Origin: Eledone cirrhosa
Taxonomy: Eukaryota
DNA: 64,000 bases
Assembly (NCBI GenBank): GCA_964016885.1
Contig: OZ024746.1
Coordinates: forward strand, 80,104,001-80,168,000
Direction: 5' to 3'
The notes under the pieces were generated by a model. The model was not told where the DNA came from. It was given only the letters and a program-made list of their open reading frames with translations, and ran no database searches. The translations under genes were made by a program, and so were the position numbers. Shown piece after piece: positions 42,277 through 56,472 of this stretch (position 1 is its first letter; each line of letters begins with the position of its first letter).

Positions 42277-42888
42277 ATATTTCTTCGTGAAAGATTGTTT
42301 AGTTATTTATAATTTATTTTCATTCATATCGTTTATTTCCATACATTTGTTTTGTTTTGTTTTGTTTTTTCTTTTATTTCATTAATTTATTTTCTCCTTA
42401 TTCATTTTTATTTCACCTTGATTGGTTTTATCTAATTTTATTTTTTGTTTCTTTCTTCAATTTTTCTTCAATTTTTTTTTTCTTAATTTTATATTGAATA
42501 TAATTCTATTTTTATTTGTCTAATTTTTATAATTTTAAAATTTATTGTATGTTTTCGATGATTTTATGATTTTAATTTTATTTTATTTTATATATTCTTC
42601 TATTTATTTTATATATTCTTCCAGTTTTCGTGTTTTTTGTTGTTGCTTTTTTTAAAATATTTCTATTTAATTTACATTCTAAAATTTATTTCACTCTGTA
42701 TCGCTCTATCTCTTTCCATTGTAAATTTTATATTTTCGTTTTCTATTGGGGTTTTGTGTTGTTGATTTTTTTCCAAAATATATTTTTGTCTTGTTATTTT
42801 CTGTCGAAATGAAATGGCAGACAACACTCTATCAATAGCGTTAGCTGTTTTACAGATTGAATACTCAGATAAACAACTGCAGTTCTTC

Positions 42889-42926
<38 letters not shown>

Positions 42927-43332
42927 TAATAATAATAATGACCGATAGAAAAGGAAATAATAATAATAGTAATAATAGTAAATGTCAAGAATGTTAAACT
43001 CACGATTTTTCAGAAATAGCGCCATTGTTGTTCGCTCATCTTTACCTCTCATTTTTTATGTCTTTCTCTCTCTCCCACTAACACTCTCTCTCTCTCAAAC
43101 ACACACACACACAATCTCTCTCTCTCTTTCTCTCTTTCTCTCTCTCTTTCTCTCTCTCTTTCACTCCCTCTTTCTCTCTGTATGTGTATATACACACACA
43201 TGCAGACAAACACCCACTCACACACCTACATACACACATATATAAATATATACTTTTACATATACATACATATAAATTTATATGTATAAATTTATACCAC
43301 CTACACACATATATATATAGGTGGTATGAATT

Positions 43333-43441
<109 letters not shown>

Positions 43442-43804
43442 GTATATATGGATAGATAGATACACGCACATATATATATTTCATATACATACATACACAA
43501 ATTCAATATGAATTTGCATGTATATGTATCTACGGGTATGTGTGTGTATGTGTCTATCTGTCTGTGACTCATTGATACAATTGGACATGTTTTCTGCTGT
43601 GTCTCAACTCCAACACTATATCCAAACGTCCACTGACACTACTCGTTCTTTGGCGCGTTGAAGGAGGTAGCGGGTTCTTAACATTACAAAACAAAGCTTC
43701 ACTTTATGCTATAGATATTTCATTAAAATTTATCGCCACGCTAGTGTCAGTAGCCGAGGAGTAATTGATGATTCTGGTTTTAGTAGATATACTAGTGTTC
43801 GTCT

Positions 43805-44030
43805 TTGAAGTCGCGTAGCTTAGTGGTTAGTGTGCTTGGCTCATGATTGTAAGGTAGTGAGATCGATTCCAGGTGATGTGTTGTGTCCTTGAGCATGACG
43901 TTTTATTGACAAGATAAATCGTGCCTGTAATGTAAAGGGATACACTGTGTCACGCTGAATGCTTAGCCACTTGTATGTTAATATCCTAAGCAGGCTCTAC
44001 GAACAGATGGAGCACTCTCAACAGGTTCAA
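43805..44030 (+). mobile_element. tRNA-derived SINE family 2, internally deleted
   Basis: gcgtagcttagtggttag...gagatcgattcc...ttgtgtccttgagc. Confidence 0.75.
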
Positions 44031-44281
44031 CACTCTCTATCGCTCTTTCCACCACCAGCTCTTCTCTTTCTCTTTCTCTCTCTCTCTATATATATATATG
44101 CCCGAAATAGGCGATCGAATTTTCGCTGTGTGGATGATTAGTTTAACCACCATCTCAGTGTGTTTGGCCTTTAACGTAAGTTGTAAGCTCTAATTCATAT
44201 GAATTATCGAGCGCTTGCCACACAACTCGGAAGTGATTTTCGTTAATTCCTGAGCTGAAATTCGATTCTCGCTAATTTTTA

Positions 44282-44367
<86 letters not shown>

Positions 44368-44435
44368 TCTCTTTCTTTCTTTCCATCCTCACAGTTTTCG
44401 TCATATTGGGGGTGGATGTCTTAATAGTAACAATC

Positions 44436-44568
44436 TAGTGGTTCTTATTTTGTAGCCCCAGGTTAGACTTAATGAGCGAAAGAATACGATCGTGAATACA
44501 AGCGGTGGAAATGGGGTTCCCCTGAAAGGTCTTTGGAGTATCGTAACTCAGAGATCAGAGAACCGCTC
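44436..44568. mobile_element. Possible degenerate hAT-type MITE
   Basis: Ends tagtggttctt / gagaaccgct resemble CAGTGGTTCTC TIRs. Confidence 0.3.
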
Positions 44569-44635
44569 CAGGTAGAGTGTCTACTTCTCCAAAGAGAGAG
44601 ATGAAAGCAACAACCAGAAATCACTAAAACAACGA

Positions 44636-44652
44636 GAACAACAACAACAACA

Positions 44653-44727
<75 letters not shown>

Positions 44728-44800
44728 GCCACTACTACTACTACTACTACTGCTGCTACAACCACCACTACTACGACTACCACTATTACTACTACTATTA

Positions 44801-44839
<39 letters not shown>

Positions 44840-45050
44840 TTACTACTACTACTACCACTACTACTACTACTACCAGTACTACTACTACCACTACTACCAC
44901 TACTACTACTACTACTACTACAACTACCACTAGTACGACTACCACTATTACTACTACTACTACTACTAGTAGTAGTACCACTACTACTACCAGTACTACT
45001 ACTACTACCAATACTACTACTACTACTACCAATACTACTACTACTACCAA

Positions 45051-45110
<60 letters not shown>

Positions 45111-45260
45111 AGTAGCATCAACTACAACTACAAAGCCTACAACACCTACAACAACTACAAGCCCTAAAACAACAACAACTACAATACTACAAGAACTAAA
45201 AACAACTACAACGATTAAACCGTCTATGACGTCGACAAGGAGAACACCACCACCACCACC

Positions 45261-45310
<50 letters not shown>

Positions 45311-45325
45311 CTATAAACAACAACT
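44636..45325. repeat. (ACT)n/(ACA)n/(ACC)n microsatellite
   Basis: Direct inspection. Confidence 0.95.
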
Positions 45326-45716
45326 ACAAAGACCTTTAACGATGACAGCAACAATAATAACAACAAATGCAGCAAACGACATCTCTTTGAAGATAATGAA
45401 CAGGTCGATTACATCACGTGGTACCAACTCAGCTTTACTAATTAACATCAAACAGTAAATGAAGAGGCAAAGAAAATCAGCAACAATGGATGAAACTAAT
45501 ATCTGCTACTTTCAGTTTTACTTTCAATACTGTCTTTTGTTCCTCTTTCAATTGTTTTTTTCAATTTATTGGTTGTTTGTTAGTTTGTTTGTTTGTTGTG
45601 TTTGTTTGTTTGTTTGTTTGTTTGTTGTTTTAACATAAGCCATTGAGCGGAGGAGGGGGGGGGTGTAGCGAGCGCGCTTTCTCTCATGGGGTAGAGCGGA
45701 CATTTGCTTGCGATCT

Positions 45717-45750
<34 letters not shown>

Positions 45751-45806
45751 CACACACACACAAACACACACACATATATACATACACGCATACACAGATA
45801 TAGGTG

Positions 45807-45851
<45 letters not shown>

Positions 45852-45909
45852 CTATACATATATATACATATATGTATATATATGTATGTGTGTGTGTTTG
45901 CGTGTCTAT

Positions 45910-45976
<67 letters not shown>

Positions 45977-46099
45977 TATATATATATATTCATTTCTTTT
46001 GTTTCTATGTTTCTATTTTTTTAATCATTCTTTCGTGTGTTTTTTCCTCCATAAACCTAATGACAGGATAACATTGAGGACAACGAGAATGAACGTGAA

Positions 46100-46110
46100 A
46101 ATGATGATGG

Positions 46111-46145
<35 letters not shown>

Positions 46146-46188
46146 GTGATGATGATGGTGATGATATTGATGGTGGTGGTGGTGGTGG

Positions 46189-46220
<32 letters not shown>

Positions 46221-46548
46221 GTGATGATGATGGTGATGATATTGATGGTGGTGGTGGTGGTGGTGATGATGATGATGATGATGATGATGATGGTGATGAT
46301 GATGGTGATGATATTGATGGTGGTGGTGGTGGTGGTGGTGGTGATGATGATGATGATGATGGTGGTGGTGATGATGATGGTAGTGATGATATTGATGGTG
46401 GTGATGGTGGTGATGATGATGATGATGATGGTGGTGGTGATGATGATGATGATGATGATGATGAAGGTGGTGGTGGTGGTGGTGCGGTGGTGGTGGTGGT
46501 GGTGGTGGCGGCGGCGGCGGCGATGGTATGGTGGTGGTGGTGACGATA

Positions 46549-46593
<45 letters not shown>

Positions 46594-46621
46594 GTGATGG
46601 TGGTGGTGGTGGTGGTGGTGG

Positions 46622-46652
<31 letters not shown>

Positions 46653-46742
46653 GCTGGTGCCGGTGGTGCTGGTGCCGGTGGTGCTGGTGGTGCTGGTGGT
46701 GGTGGTGGTATGGTATGGTGGTGGTGACGATGGTAATGGGTA

Positions 46743-46792
<50 letters not shown>

Positions 46793-46880
46793 GGTGGTGG
46801 TGGTGATGATGATGTTGGTTCTGGTAGCGGTGGCGGTATGGTGGTGGTGACGATGATAATGATGACGATGATGATGATGC
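46100..46880. repeat. (ATG)n/(GTG)n microsatellite
   Basis: Direct inspection. Confidence 0.95.
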
Positions 46881-46954
46881 CTTATTAAGTTGACAGCGCC
46901 CAACATTTCCTCACAATGTTTTGTCTTACGACACTTGAGACGCCACCAATATAC

Positions 46955-47241
46955 AATTGTTTCTACTTTTGGCACAAGGCCAGCAATTACCCAGTGTATT
47001 ACTGGTACTTTATTTTATCGACCCCGTAAGGATGAAAGGCAAAGTCAACATCGGCGGGATTTGAACTCAGAATGACAAGGGCCGTAACTCTATGCGTCAA
47101 AGCATGGCGTCCGACCCTCTACCGATACTGCCAGTCCACCAATATATAATTGTTTCTACTATTGGCACAAGGCCAGCAATTACCCAGTACATTACTGGTA
47201 CTTTATTTTATCGACCCCGTAAGGATGAAAGGCAAAGTTAA
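46955..47241 (-). mobile_element. SINE family 1, full copy plus tandem partial copy
   Basis: 46955-47140 full and 47148-47241 partial; ccaccaatata occurs three times at the junctions. Confidence 0.9.
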
Positions 47242-47518
47242 GTCCACCAATATATAATGTTAGACTATACGACAGAGCATCTGTTTAGAGATACTTCTAT
47301 CTATCTATTTATCTATCTACTTATATCATATACATACACACAAGTGCGCATGTTCATATACGTCTTTATATGTCTGTGTGTGCGTCTCTATATACATATA
47401 TACTCACACATATTACGTTACTTGAATTTATTCTTCCGATAACCTATATACACTCACTACACGTGCTTTTTGCTTTGTACACTTAGCCCTCGTAACATAC
47501 ATAACATTTGTGTGTGTG

Positions 47519-47607
<89 letters not shown>

Positions 47608-47609
47608 GC

Positions 47610-47649
<40 letters not shown>

Positions 47650-47708
47650 GTGTGTGTGTCAAACAACGCATTAGAATAATACCATGTTAGTTTAACGCTT
47701 CAAAGAAG

Positions 47709-47738
<30 letters not shown>

Positions 47739-47742
<4 letters not shown>

Positions 47743-47930
47743 TTTAGAAATGTAAGGGAAATACAAAAATAAAACAATCCCCTCTTCAGTTGTCTACTGT
47801 GGGTCTCTGATATTTCGGTGCATCGAGACTCACAGCAGACAACTGAAGAGGAGAATTGTCTTATGTTTGTGTTTCCCTTACATTTCTAAACACTCTTTAT
47901 TAGTAACCACACACCACCTTGTCTCTTTTA

Positions 47931-47940
<10 letters not shown>
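47739..47940. mobile_element. Family D fold-back element in TA tract
   Basis: Inverted arms 47739-47807 / 47825-47894. Confidence 0.6.
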
Positions 47941-47972
<32 letters not shown>

Positions 47973-47978
<6 letters not shown>

Positions 47979-48450
47979 AGATTAAAAGATGGTTAAAAGA
48001 GTTCCAATAAAGCAATGCAAATATCGGATAAGTAGCACTCTACAGTTTGTAGGACTGGAGTATAAATAATATAAGATCAAAAGATGGTTAAAAGAGTTCC
48101 AAGTATTTTATTATGCGCATTTCAAAAACAAATATCATCATGGGATGATATCTGCGTTCTCATCATATGTGAATAGTGAAGTTATAAATCAACATATGTT
48201 GATTATAACTTCACTATTCACAAGTGTTTTTTAACCTTCATATCATGTATCCCTATTTTATATTATGAGAACGCAGATATCATCCCAAGATCATATTTGT
48301 TTTTGAAATGCGCATAATAAAATACTTGGAACTCTTTTAACCATCTTTTGATCTTATATTATTTATACTCCAGTCCTACAAACTGTAGAGTGCTACTTAT
48401 CCGATATTTGCATTGCTTTATTGTGCTACAATAAATCTTACCTCCTACAT
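47973..48450. mobile_element. Family E fold-back element with degenerate hammerheads
   Basis: Arms about 48005-48163 / 48265-48423; inner palindrome 48169-48221; direct repeat 47973-48005 / 48068-48101. Confidence 0.7.
48254..48324 (+). ncRNA. Hammerhead-fold motif with mutated core (mirror copy 48104-48170 on minus)
   Basis: TATTTTAT-ATTATGA (minus copy ATGATGA)-long stem II-GAAA-TGCGCA-TA/ATAAAATA. Confidence 0.5.
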
Positions 48451-48464
48451 ATATATATATAGAG

Positions 48465-48516
<52 letters not shown>

Positions 48517-49089
48517 AGAAAGAGAGATGGAAAGAGTGATAGAGAGGGGGCGAGAAAGTGAGGAAGAGAAAAAGAAAGAGACAAAAACGGGGAAGAGTGA
48601 GTGGGGCACTCATATGAACAATGCTTGTCTCGTTTTGGTTCCTCCTCCAGTCACTAGATGCAACTGTCATAGATATAGTTTGTTGTAGTTGCATCGTCTT
48701 AATATCTATGTATGTTTCGAGTTGGTAGCCATCGTCCCCAACACTACCACTACCATCACCACCACTAACATTACCACTACTACTTCTACTACCACCATTA
48801 TCATCACTACCAGCATTACCACCACCAATACCACTACCATCGCCATCCACACAATAACCACTATACCACAATAACCACTACAACACCACCACTACAAACA
48901 CTGCCTCCTCAGCTATATTCTTCATCATTAGTGAATGAATAGGCTATCTAGGTATGTATATATGAATATATATATATATATACATACATATATATACATA
49001 TATATATATGTGTGTGTGTATGTATATATATACATGTATATATATCTTTATATATATATGTGTGTGTGTGTGTGTGAGTTTGTGCGACT

Positions 49090-49180
<91 letters not shown>

Positions 49181-49840
49181 AATATATATATATATATATC
49201 TATGTAAGTACACACACATAGACACACCTTAGTACTTATTTATGTATCTATATCCATCCCCTCTTCACTTTGAGACTTTTTCCCAGAAGCTTTACCCCAG
49301 CACCCTTAAAAATGTCGTCTGATTCCTTCATGTTATTGATATCGTAGTTGCTGTTTTCGTTTTTAGTTTTACTGTAAATGCTGTAGAGCGAACTTTGCAG
49401 AGTAGCAGAAGCTACTTACTGCTTTACGATTGATAATCGTAGGAAACTGCATGAATCGCACACAATCTCATTTCTCCTTCTAATACGCTATTAACTGCTT
49501 TGTTTGTTTAAGAAACTATTACACAAGATCTACTGGAAAGTAAGAGCGTGTCTATGTAGAGTATATAGAGTAAGTGTATAAGCGCTGCCGAGAAAGTTGG
49601 CGAATTGGTAGAGTCGTTTTGTGTCAGATAGAATGGTTTGTGACCTTTCGTTTCCGCTTTCAGCCCTATGAGTTCAAATACTACTAATGTCAGCTTTACC
49701 TTACGGGTAAAACAGGGGTGATAATTTTATTAAAGCAAGAAGAAAAATTCATGCAAAGAAAGCAAAAAGATTAACAAATCAACAATAGTCAAATTATTTT
49801 CCAGCTAGAGGCAGCATATTATACATATATATATATATAC

Positions 49841-49873
<33 letters not shown>

Positions 49874-49874
49874 C

Positions 49875-50100
49875 TTTCGGTCTATTTTTTTTACTAAAGA
49901 AATTTTTATCTTGATAGTGGGGTTTAAAACCCTTTAAAATATGGAAAAAGATGAGTATTGATGTACGTCAATACTCATCTTTTTTCCATTTCTTAGAGGG
50001 TTCTAAATCCCACTATCAAGCTAAAATGTTTTTAGTAAGAAAAATACGGCGAAAGCTTCTATTTCTAATTTCAAACTCGCTCGCTGTTACAAAAACATAC
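49875..50100. mobile_element. Family L fold-back element
   Basis: Inverted about 49963; single copy at 55361-55514. Confidence 0.6.
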
Positions 50101-50101
50101 T

Positions 50102-50190
<89 letters not shown>

Positions 50191-50399
50191 GGTAAACAGA
50201 AATAACAACACAACCGGTACAGAATGTGGGAGGAATATATTAGGTTAACGCTTGATATATGTGCGTGTGTTTCTGTGTTGTATATTTATAATATACAGAG
50301 ACATAGCGACATTTGATGTATGTATTTCGTTGAATCCCTGATGGTTTTACAGACAGACAAGTACACATATACACAGAAAGGATCAGAGAAACGTCAATT

Positions 50400-50730
50400 C
50401 ATTTTATCTTAGCCGATCTTCCGATCGAACCAGGGAAACATTGTTAATCCAGATGTCTTGATCCAGTATTACTGTTCGTATTTCCGATATATTCTTCTAT
50501 CCGGTGGGTTTCTGAGGTATGTCAATGAAGCTTGTGTATCATTTGTCGCGATTAATCCGCCCATGTGTTGACTACCGTGGCATTAGAATTGAAGTTATTT
50601 CTTCAGGTTGTCACATACAGTGACTTGCCAATCACAATCTTGCTGTTGATCTATCTATACTGGTAACTTTGGCAAACTATCATAAGGTTCTATGTTGGAG
50701 ATGTGGCTCTTTCAATAGATGACATAAACA
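50400..50730 (-). mobile_element. Ancient RTE LINE 3' ORF remnant
   Basis: HISNIEPYDSLPK, LASHCM*QPEEITSIL, THGRINR and SFIDIPQKPTG resemble the RTE C-terminus. Confidence 0.6.
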
Positions 50731-50949
50731 TCATACTTGCAATACGTGACTTCTGAACTAGATGATTCTTCTTGTGAAAAGAGAAGAAACATTTTAGAAA
50801 TTCATTAATGAGAGAAATTAAATCACTCAAGGCAAATATAACCTACAAACTTAAAATTCTAAAATTAAGTTTCAATTCTAAAGATACAATCGTTCTTTTC
50901 TCTTTATCTTTCTATCTCTCTTAATACACACACATCTATATATATATAT

Positions 50950-51007
<58 letters not shown>

Positions 51008-51451
51008 GATGCACGTGTCTGTGGTGTTTTGTTAGCACATTTTCCTTGCCCGAATTATATACGCTTGGCCTTGCTACACATACTAAATTGGTATACTACG
51101 TATAATTTACTCTGTGGTTGTCTTATTTTTAGCGACTAATTCAATAATGTCCCTAAACGATAAACAATTAATTGTGGTTGCGTTTGTCTCGGTGAAAGAG
51201 AGAAAGAGAGTAATACAGTGAGACAGTGAGGCAGTAAATGTGGAATGGTTGTTAGACAGGCAAACAGTCAGACTGATAGAAGTAGAAAGAAGAATAAACA
51301 TAGTCACAGAGAAAAGAATGAACAAAATGAGAGAGGGGGAGATAGAGAAAGATAGAAAGTAGGGGGCGTGAGAAAGAGAGCGGAGCAGGAGGTGGGGGGG
51401 GGGGGGAGACAGATATTTTCGCGTAGACAGAAGGAAAGATATGTAAGTGTT

Positions 51452-51690
51452 AGCCCTCCGTCGGTTCCTACGTTGAGTGTTCTAGTTTTTCGAACAACGA
51501 AATAACCTGCTCGTGAAATTAACGAGCAAGTGACTGAGCATTCCCCAGACACGTGCACCCTTAACGTACTTCTCAGGGAAATTCAATGTGACACTGTATG
51601 GGACAATACTGATCCTTAGAAATTCAGACATAACTTATATTTGCAATCTTGTACTGGGGCAACAATGAAATATAGTTTCATGCTCAAGGA
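51452..51690 (-). mobile_element. SINE family 2, headless
   Basis: Similar to 1470-1710. Confidence 0.7.
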
Positions 51691-52954
51691 CAGACGGGAG
51701 GGAAGGATATAGAGTCAGACAAACTGATAAAATGAGACAAACAGAAAAATTAAGATATATATAAAAATCACGCAAACAAGATGCCGACATGATCCTGGTG
51801 GATATCATAAAGAAGATGAAGATTTATCATTCAATGAACTAACCTTCATTTATTAAGGGACAGTGTAACTGTTGGTGTTTAACTCCCAGATCAGCTCTGA
51901 TCCAGCAGACTTATCATCAAAGGCGTTCCATTCACGGCTATCCCATGTTCTATTTCTTTTTTTTTTTTTCAGACATAGTTTATCTAGTATTTGATCTTTT
52001 AATGTGTCTATTCTCCGTCATTAAAGCTATTTCTAGCAGATCGAGAGATTCAAACACAAATCACAACTAGCCAGAACGAATCCGACGCTCTAACGACTTT
52101 GCAAATTCGCTCCCTTTACTGTTAATTGAAAGATGTCATAGAAAGTCCTATATCGTTAAGTAAAATGTTTTGGACAGCCATTTCCAAGCCATTTCAAATC
52201 TCCGACATCATAACTTTGTAAACTCACCTCAAAATACTTCCCATCCTACACAATAAAAGAGAATTAGACATAAAACAGGTTTTCACTAAAACAATTTCGC
52301 GAAAATAGTGAAACCATAAAATACGAATCTTTAACAATTAATCTCAGTATTCACTCAAAATCCAATTACAACATTTCAGTTTAATTGATTTAACAAAATT
52401 GACGAACTTTGCCCAATGCTAGCAATTTTTCAATTCAATAATCATTTAACAATTAAAATTACAAACTGCTTCACTGTTTAGCTAATTATTAGTTTTATGA
52501 ATTCAAATTCAACCAAAGCTGTGTTTACCATATCATCTTTCGATTGGATTCCAGATTTTACCTTAAAATAGCTACCGCGGTTTGAATCAGTTGACTGGAT
52601 TCTACATGTCTGCAACAATATGGGAAATGATTTAAGTTTATTTAAGGGTATCAATGACTAGGTCATAGATGTATGACGGAATAGTTTGATATATGGATTT
52701 CTGCGAGAATAGTTGACTTCACGTAAAATTTAATAAAAGATTTATTGTTATTTTCACCTGAATAAATATTATCTCTAAGTAATTATTGATTTCATCAATG
52801 CTTTAGTAAAATTAGGATTGTGAAAATATAGGCGTATTCCGCAATTTGGGAAAATCGTATAAGGGAATTGAAACAAAACGTATTTGAGGTTTACTGGTCT
52901 AGAGTAAGGGCCTGTGCCTATGGGGATAGCGAGACTAATGAGATCGACGTGGTT

Positions 52955-53110
52955 ATTGAATAGTTTTGCAGAATCGTTAGAGCGTCCTTAGAATTTCTTG
53001 CGGTATGCGTTCCAGTTCTTTGAATTCTAAGTTCAAATGCTATCGAGGTCGACCTTGCCATTTATCCTAACGGGATCGATAAATAAAGTATAAATGCAGT
53101 ACTGAGGTTG
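52955..53110 (+). mobile_element. Old SINE family 1 relative (others: 49595-49710 +, 56690-56855 -, 60200-60355 -, 63093-63190 -)
   Basis: agttcaaat...gaggtcgaccttgccatttatcc...gatcgataaataaagta. Confidence 0.65.
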
Positions 53111-53886
53111 ATTCTTCTCTTTCTTTCAGTATTTTATACGTAATGTTGGAGGGGTTGGTATGATGTTGGTGGTGGTGATGGTGGTGGTGGTGGTGGTGGA
53201 GCTGGCGGTGGAGGTGGTGGTGGTGCTGGTGGTGGTGGTAGTGAGGTGGAGGTGGTAGTGGTGATGGTGATGGAGATAGTGGTAGTGCTGGTGGTACTAT
53301 TGATGTTACTGGCGGGGCAATAGAGGCGGTGACTGTAAACGTGTTGTTTGAGACTGATGGTAATGACGTTGGTAATACTGGTGATGGTGGTTGCGAAGTG
53401 ACATTGCAGTATAGTGCGAATTACAGTCAAATGTTGACATATCGAGTAAAGAAAAGCAATGATGTCTTTGAGTGCAAGAGACTAAGAGAGAAACAATGCA
53501 AGTGACTAAAATCTGTTTGTTTTTGCTTACTTAACGATATGTACGTCGAACCAGTAGAGATAATGGTATCAGTTGAGTAAATATTGACACAATATTATCT
53601 TTATGAGAGAATAACATGTCTCCCCAGCTCTCATTCTCTCTTCTCTCTCTCTCTCTCTCTCTCTCTCCCCTTCTTCTCACTCACTTCCCCCTCCCCTTTC
53701 TCTCCCTCTATCCGCCCTCTCTCTCCTCTTCTCTTTCTCTCTCCCCTTCTCTCTCGCCTTTTCTCTCCCCTCTCTCTCTATCTTCTGCGCTCTCTCCTTT
53801 TCTCCCTCTCCCCTTCTCTCTCTCTCTCCCCTTCTCTCTCTCCCCTCTCTCTCTATCTTCTGCGCTCTCTCCTTTTCTCCCTCTCC

Positions 53887-54041
<155 letters not shown>

Positions 54042-54206
54042 TGCAAAATGTATTAACATCATATTGATCATCGATGCATGTTTATAAATGTGGATCAGCG
54101 CCATGTATAATTTTACACACACATATGTATTTATATATGTATATGTATATATATATATATGTATGCGTACATATATATATACATATACGATACCACGTTT
54201 ACTTCA

Positions 54207-54294
<88 letters not shown>

Positions 54295-54561
54295 GGAAAA
54301 AATGAAACGTAATTTCATTTCTCACTCTTAGTACGGCTGTTACTTAAATATAAGTATGTACACGTACATACTTATATGTATACAGACGTACAGTAGTATG
54401 TATATATATATACATACATGCACACACATATATATATATGTACGTATGGATTCACCGAACATTTATTATAATGCTCGGTGTGTTTGTAAACAAACATCCC
54501 GAATTAAGCCGTACAGTGTCTAGCAACCATCGTTGCTCATTTGTTCAACACTGACAAAGGA

Positions 54562-54604
54562 ACGCTGTACTAGTTTCAAGCTTATTAGGTATCGTCAGCA
54601 ACGT
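54562..54604 (-). ncRNA. Minimal hammerhead motif (family F, mirror copy)
   Basis: Same as 54997-55039 with one stem II mismatch. Confidence 0.6.
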
Positions 54605-54996
54605 ATACCTTCCTGTCAGATGGTTGAACGTCTGAAATTATAAACTTTCCTTATGCATATTAACGGCTGAGCAGCCTAATTTGCATATCGAGTGAGTTAA
54701 TCGGCCGGGGTACCGAAAACGATAAACGGAAAAAATGAAACGAAATTTCATTTCTCACTCTTAGTACGGCTGTTACTTAAATATAAGTATGTATACGTAC
54801 ATACATATATGTATACAGACGTACAGTAGTATGTATATATATATATACATACATGCACACACATATATATATGTAGTATCGTTTTCGTTACCCCGGCCGA
54901 TTAACTCACTCGATATGCAAATTAGGCTGCTCAGCCGTTAATATACATAAGGAAAGTTTATACTTTCAGACGTTCAACCATCTGGCAGGAAGGTAT

Positions 54997-55039
54997 ACGT
55001 TGCTGACGATAGCTAATAAGCTTGAAACTAGTACAGCGT
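54997..55039 (+). ncRNA. Type I minimal hammerhead ribozyme motif (family F)
   Basis: ACGTTG-CTGACGA-T-AGCT aata AGCT-T-GAAA-CTAG-TA/CAGCGT. Confidence 0.72.
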
Positions 55040-55246
55040 TCCTTTGTCAGTGTTGAACAAATGAGCAACGATGGCTGCTAGACACTGTACGGCTTAATTC
55101 GGGATGTTTGTTTACAAACACACCGAGCATTATAATAAATGTTCGGTGAATCCATACGTATATATATATATATGTGTGCATGTATGTATATATATATATA
55201 CATACTACTGTACGTCTGTATACATATATGTATGTACGTATACATA

Positions 55247-55320
<74 letters not shown>

Positions 55321-55510
55321 ATATATATATATATTTATATACACATATATATATATATATACGTAAGAATATTTTCGAAACAGCGAGCGGGTTTGAAATT
55401 ATTATAAATGTAAGCTATCGCCGTATTTTGACTAAAGAAATTAAAGAAATTATTTAGCCTGATAGTGGGGTTATGAACCCTCGCAGAAATGGAAAAAGAT
55501 GAGTATTGAC

Positions 55511-55584
<74 letters not shown>

Positions 55585-55627
55585 ATGGTGTAGGACAGAC
55601 AAAGGGGAAACATAAAATAAAAACCTA

Positions 55628-55669
55628 GTCACTGAGGAATCACAAAATGTGTGACGAAAGAACTTTGAC
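55628..55669 (+). ncRNA. Minimal hammerhead motif
   Basis: GTCA-CTGAGGA-A-TCACA aaatg TGTGA-C-GAAA-GAAC-TT/TGAC. Confidence 0.6.
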
Positions 55670-55907
55670 AATATATAAACAACTTTCCGGTTATCGAACC
55701 AACCAACCAAACAACCGGAAACTTATAATAGATTGAAGTGAAAACAATAGGTGCGTGTGTTTTTATTGGCAGCATGACCTTGCCAACGTATAACAATATC
55801 TGTTTCAACACACGTTTTTAGATAAGAAATCTCGCAAAACAAATTCAGAAACGGATTATATACATAAAAATTTATATTTATACATATACATATGCTTATA
55901 TATATAT

Positions 55908-56211
<304 letters not shown>

Positions 56212-56264
56212 CGTGTATACATATAAATATATACATACACACACACACACACATAAAGGGGCCA

Positions 56265-56472
56265 GAAGTTCAGTGTAGTAGATATAGAGATAGGGGGGAG
56301 AGTTTAGTGTTAATTAATACAGAGAGGGGGATTGGAAGATAGTTCCGTGTAGTAGATATAGAGAGGGTGAGAGTTTGGGTTTATTTAACACAGAGAGGGG
56401 ATGGAAGAGAGTTCTGTGTAGTAGATATAGAGAGGGGGAGAGTTCGGTGTTAATTGATATAGAGAGGGTGAT
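56265..56472. repeat. About 70-bp tandem repeat, 3 copies
   Basis: gtgtagtagatatagagag...agagttt..tgttaatt..acagagagggg recurs. Confidence 0.8.

Larger units (their letters stand above)
54291..55252. mobile_element. Family F: about 433-bp unit in partial tandem plus about 375-bp inverted copy (PLE pLTR or retrozyme-like)
   Basis: Direct repeat 54291-54440 / 54724-54873; inverted arms 54349-54724 / 54877-55252. Confidence 0.75.

Noticed and set aside
43805-43880. tRNA gene
   Set aside because: SINE head without a cloverleaf, continuing into the SINE body
47780-47820. Type II hammerhead reading of family D (GAAA...CTGAAGA on minus)
   Set aside because: Stem I cannot be formed
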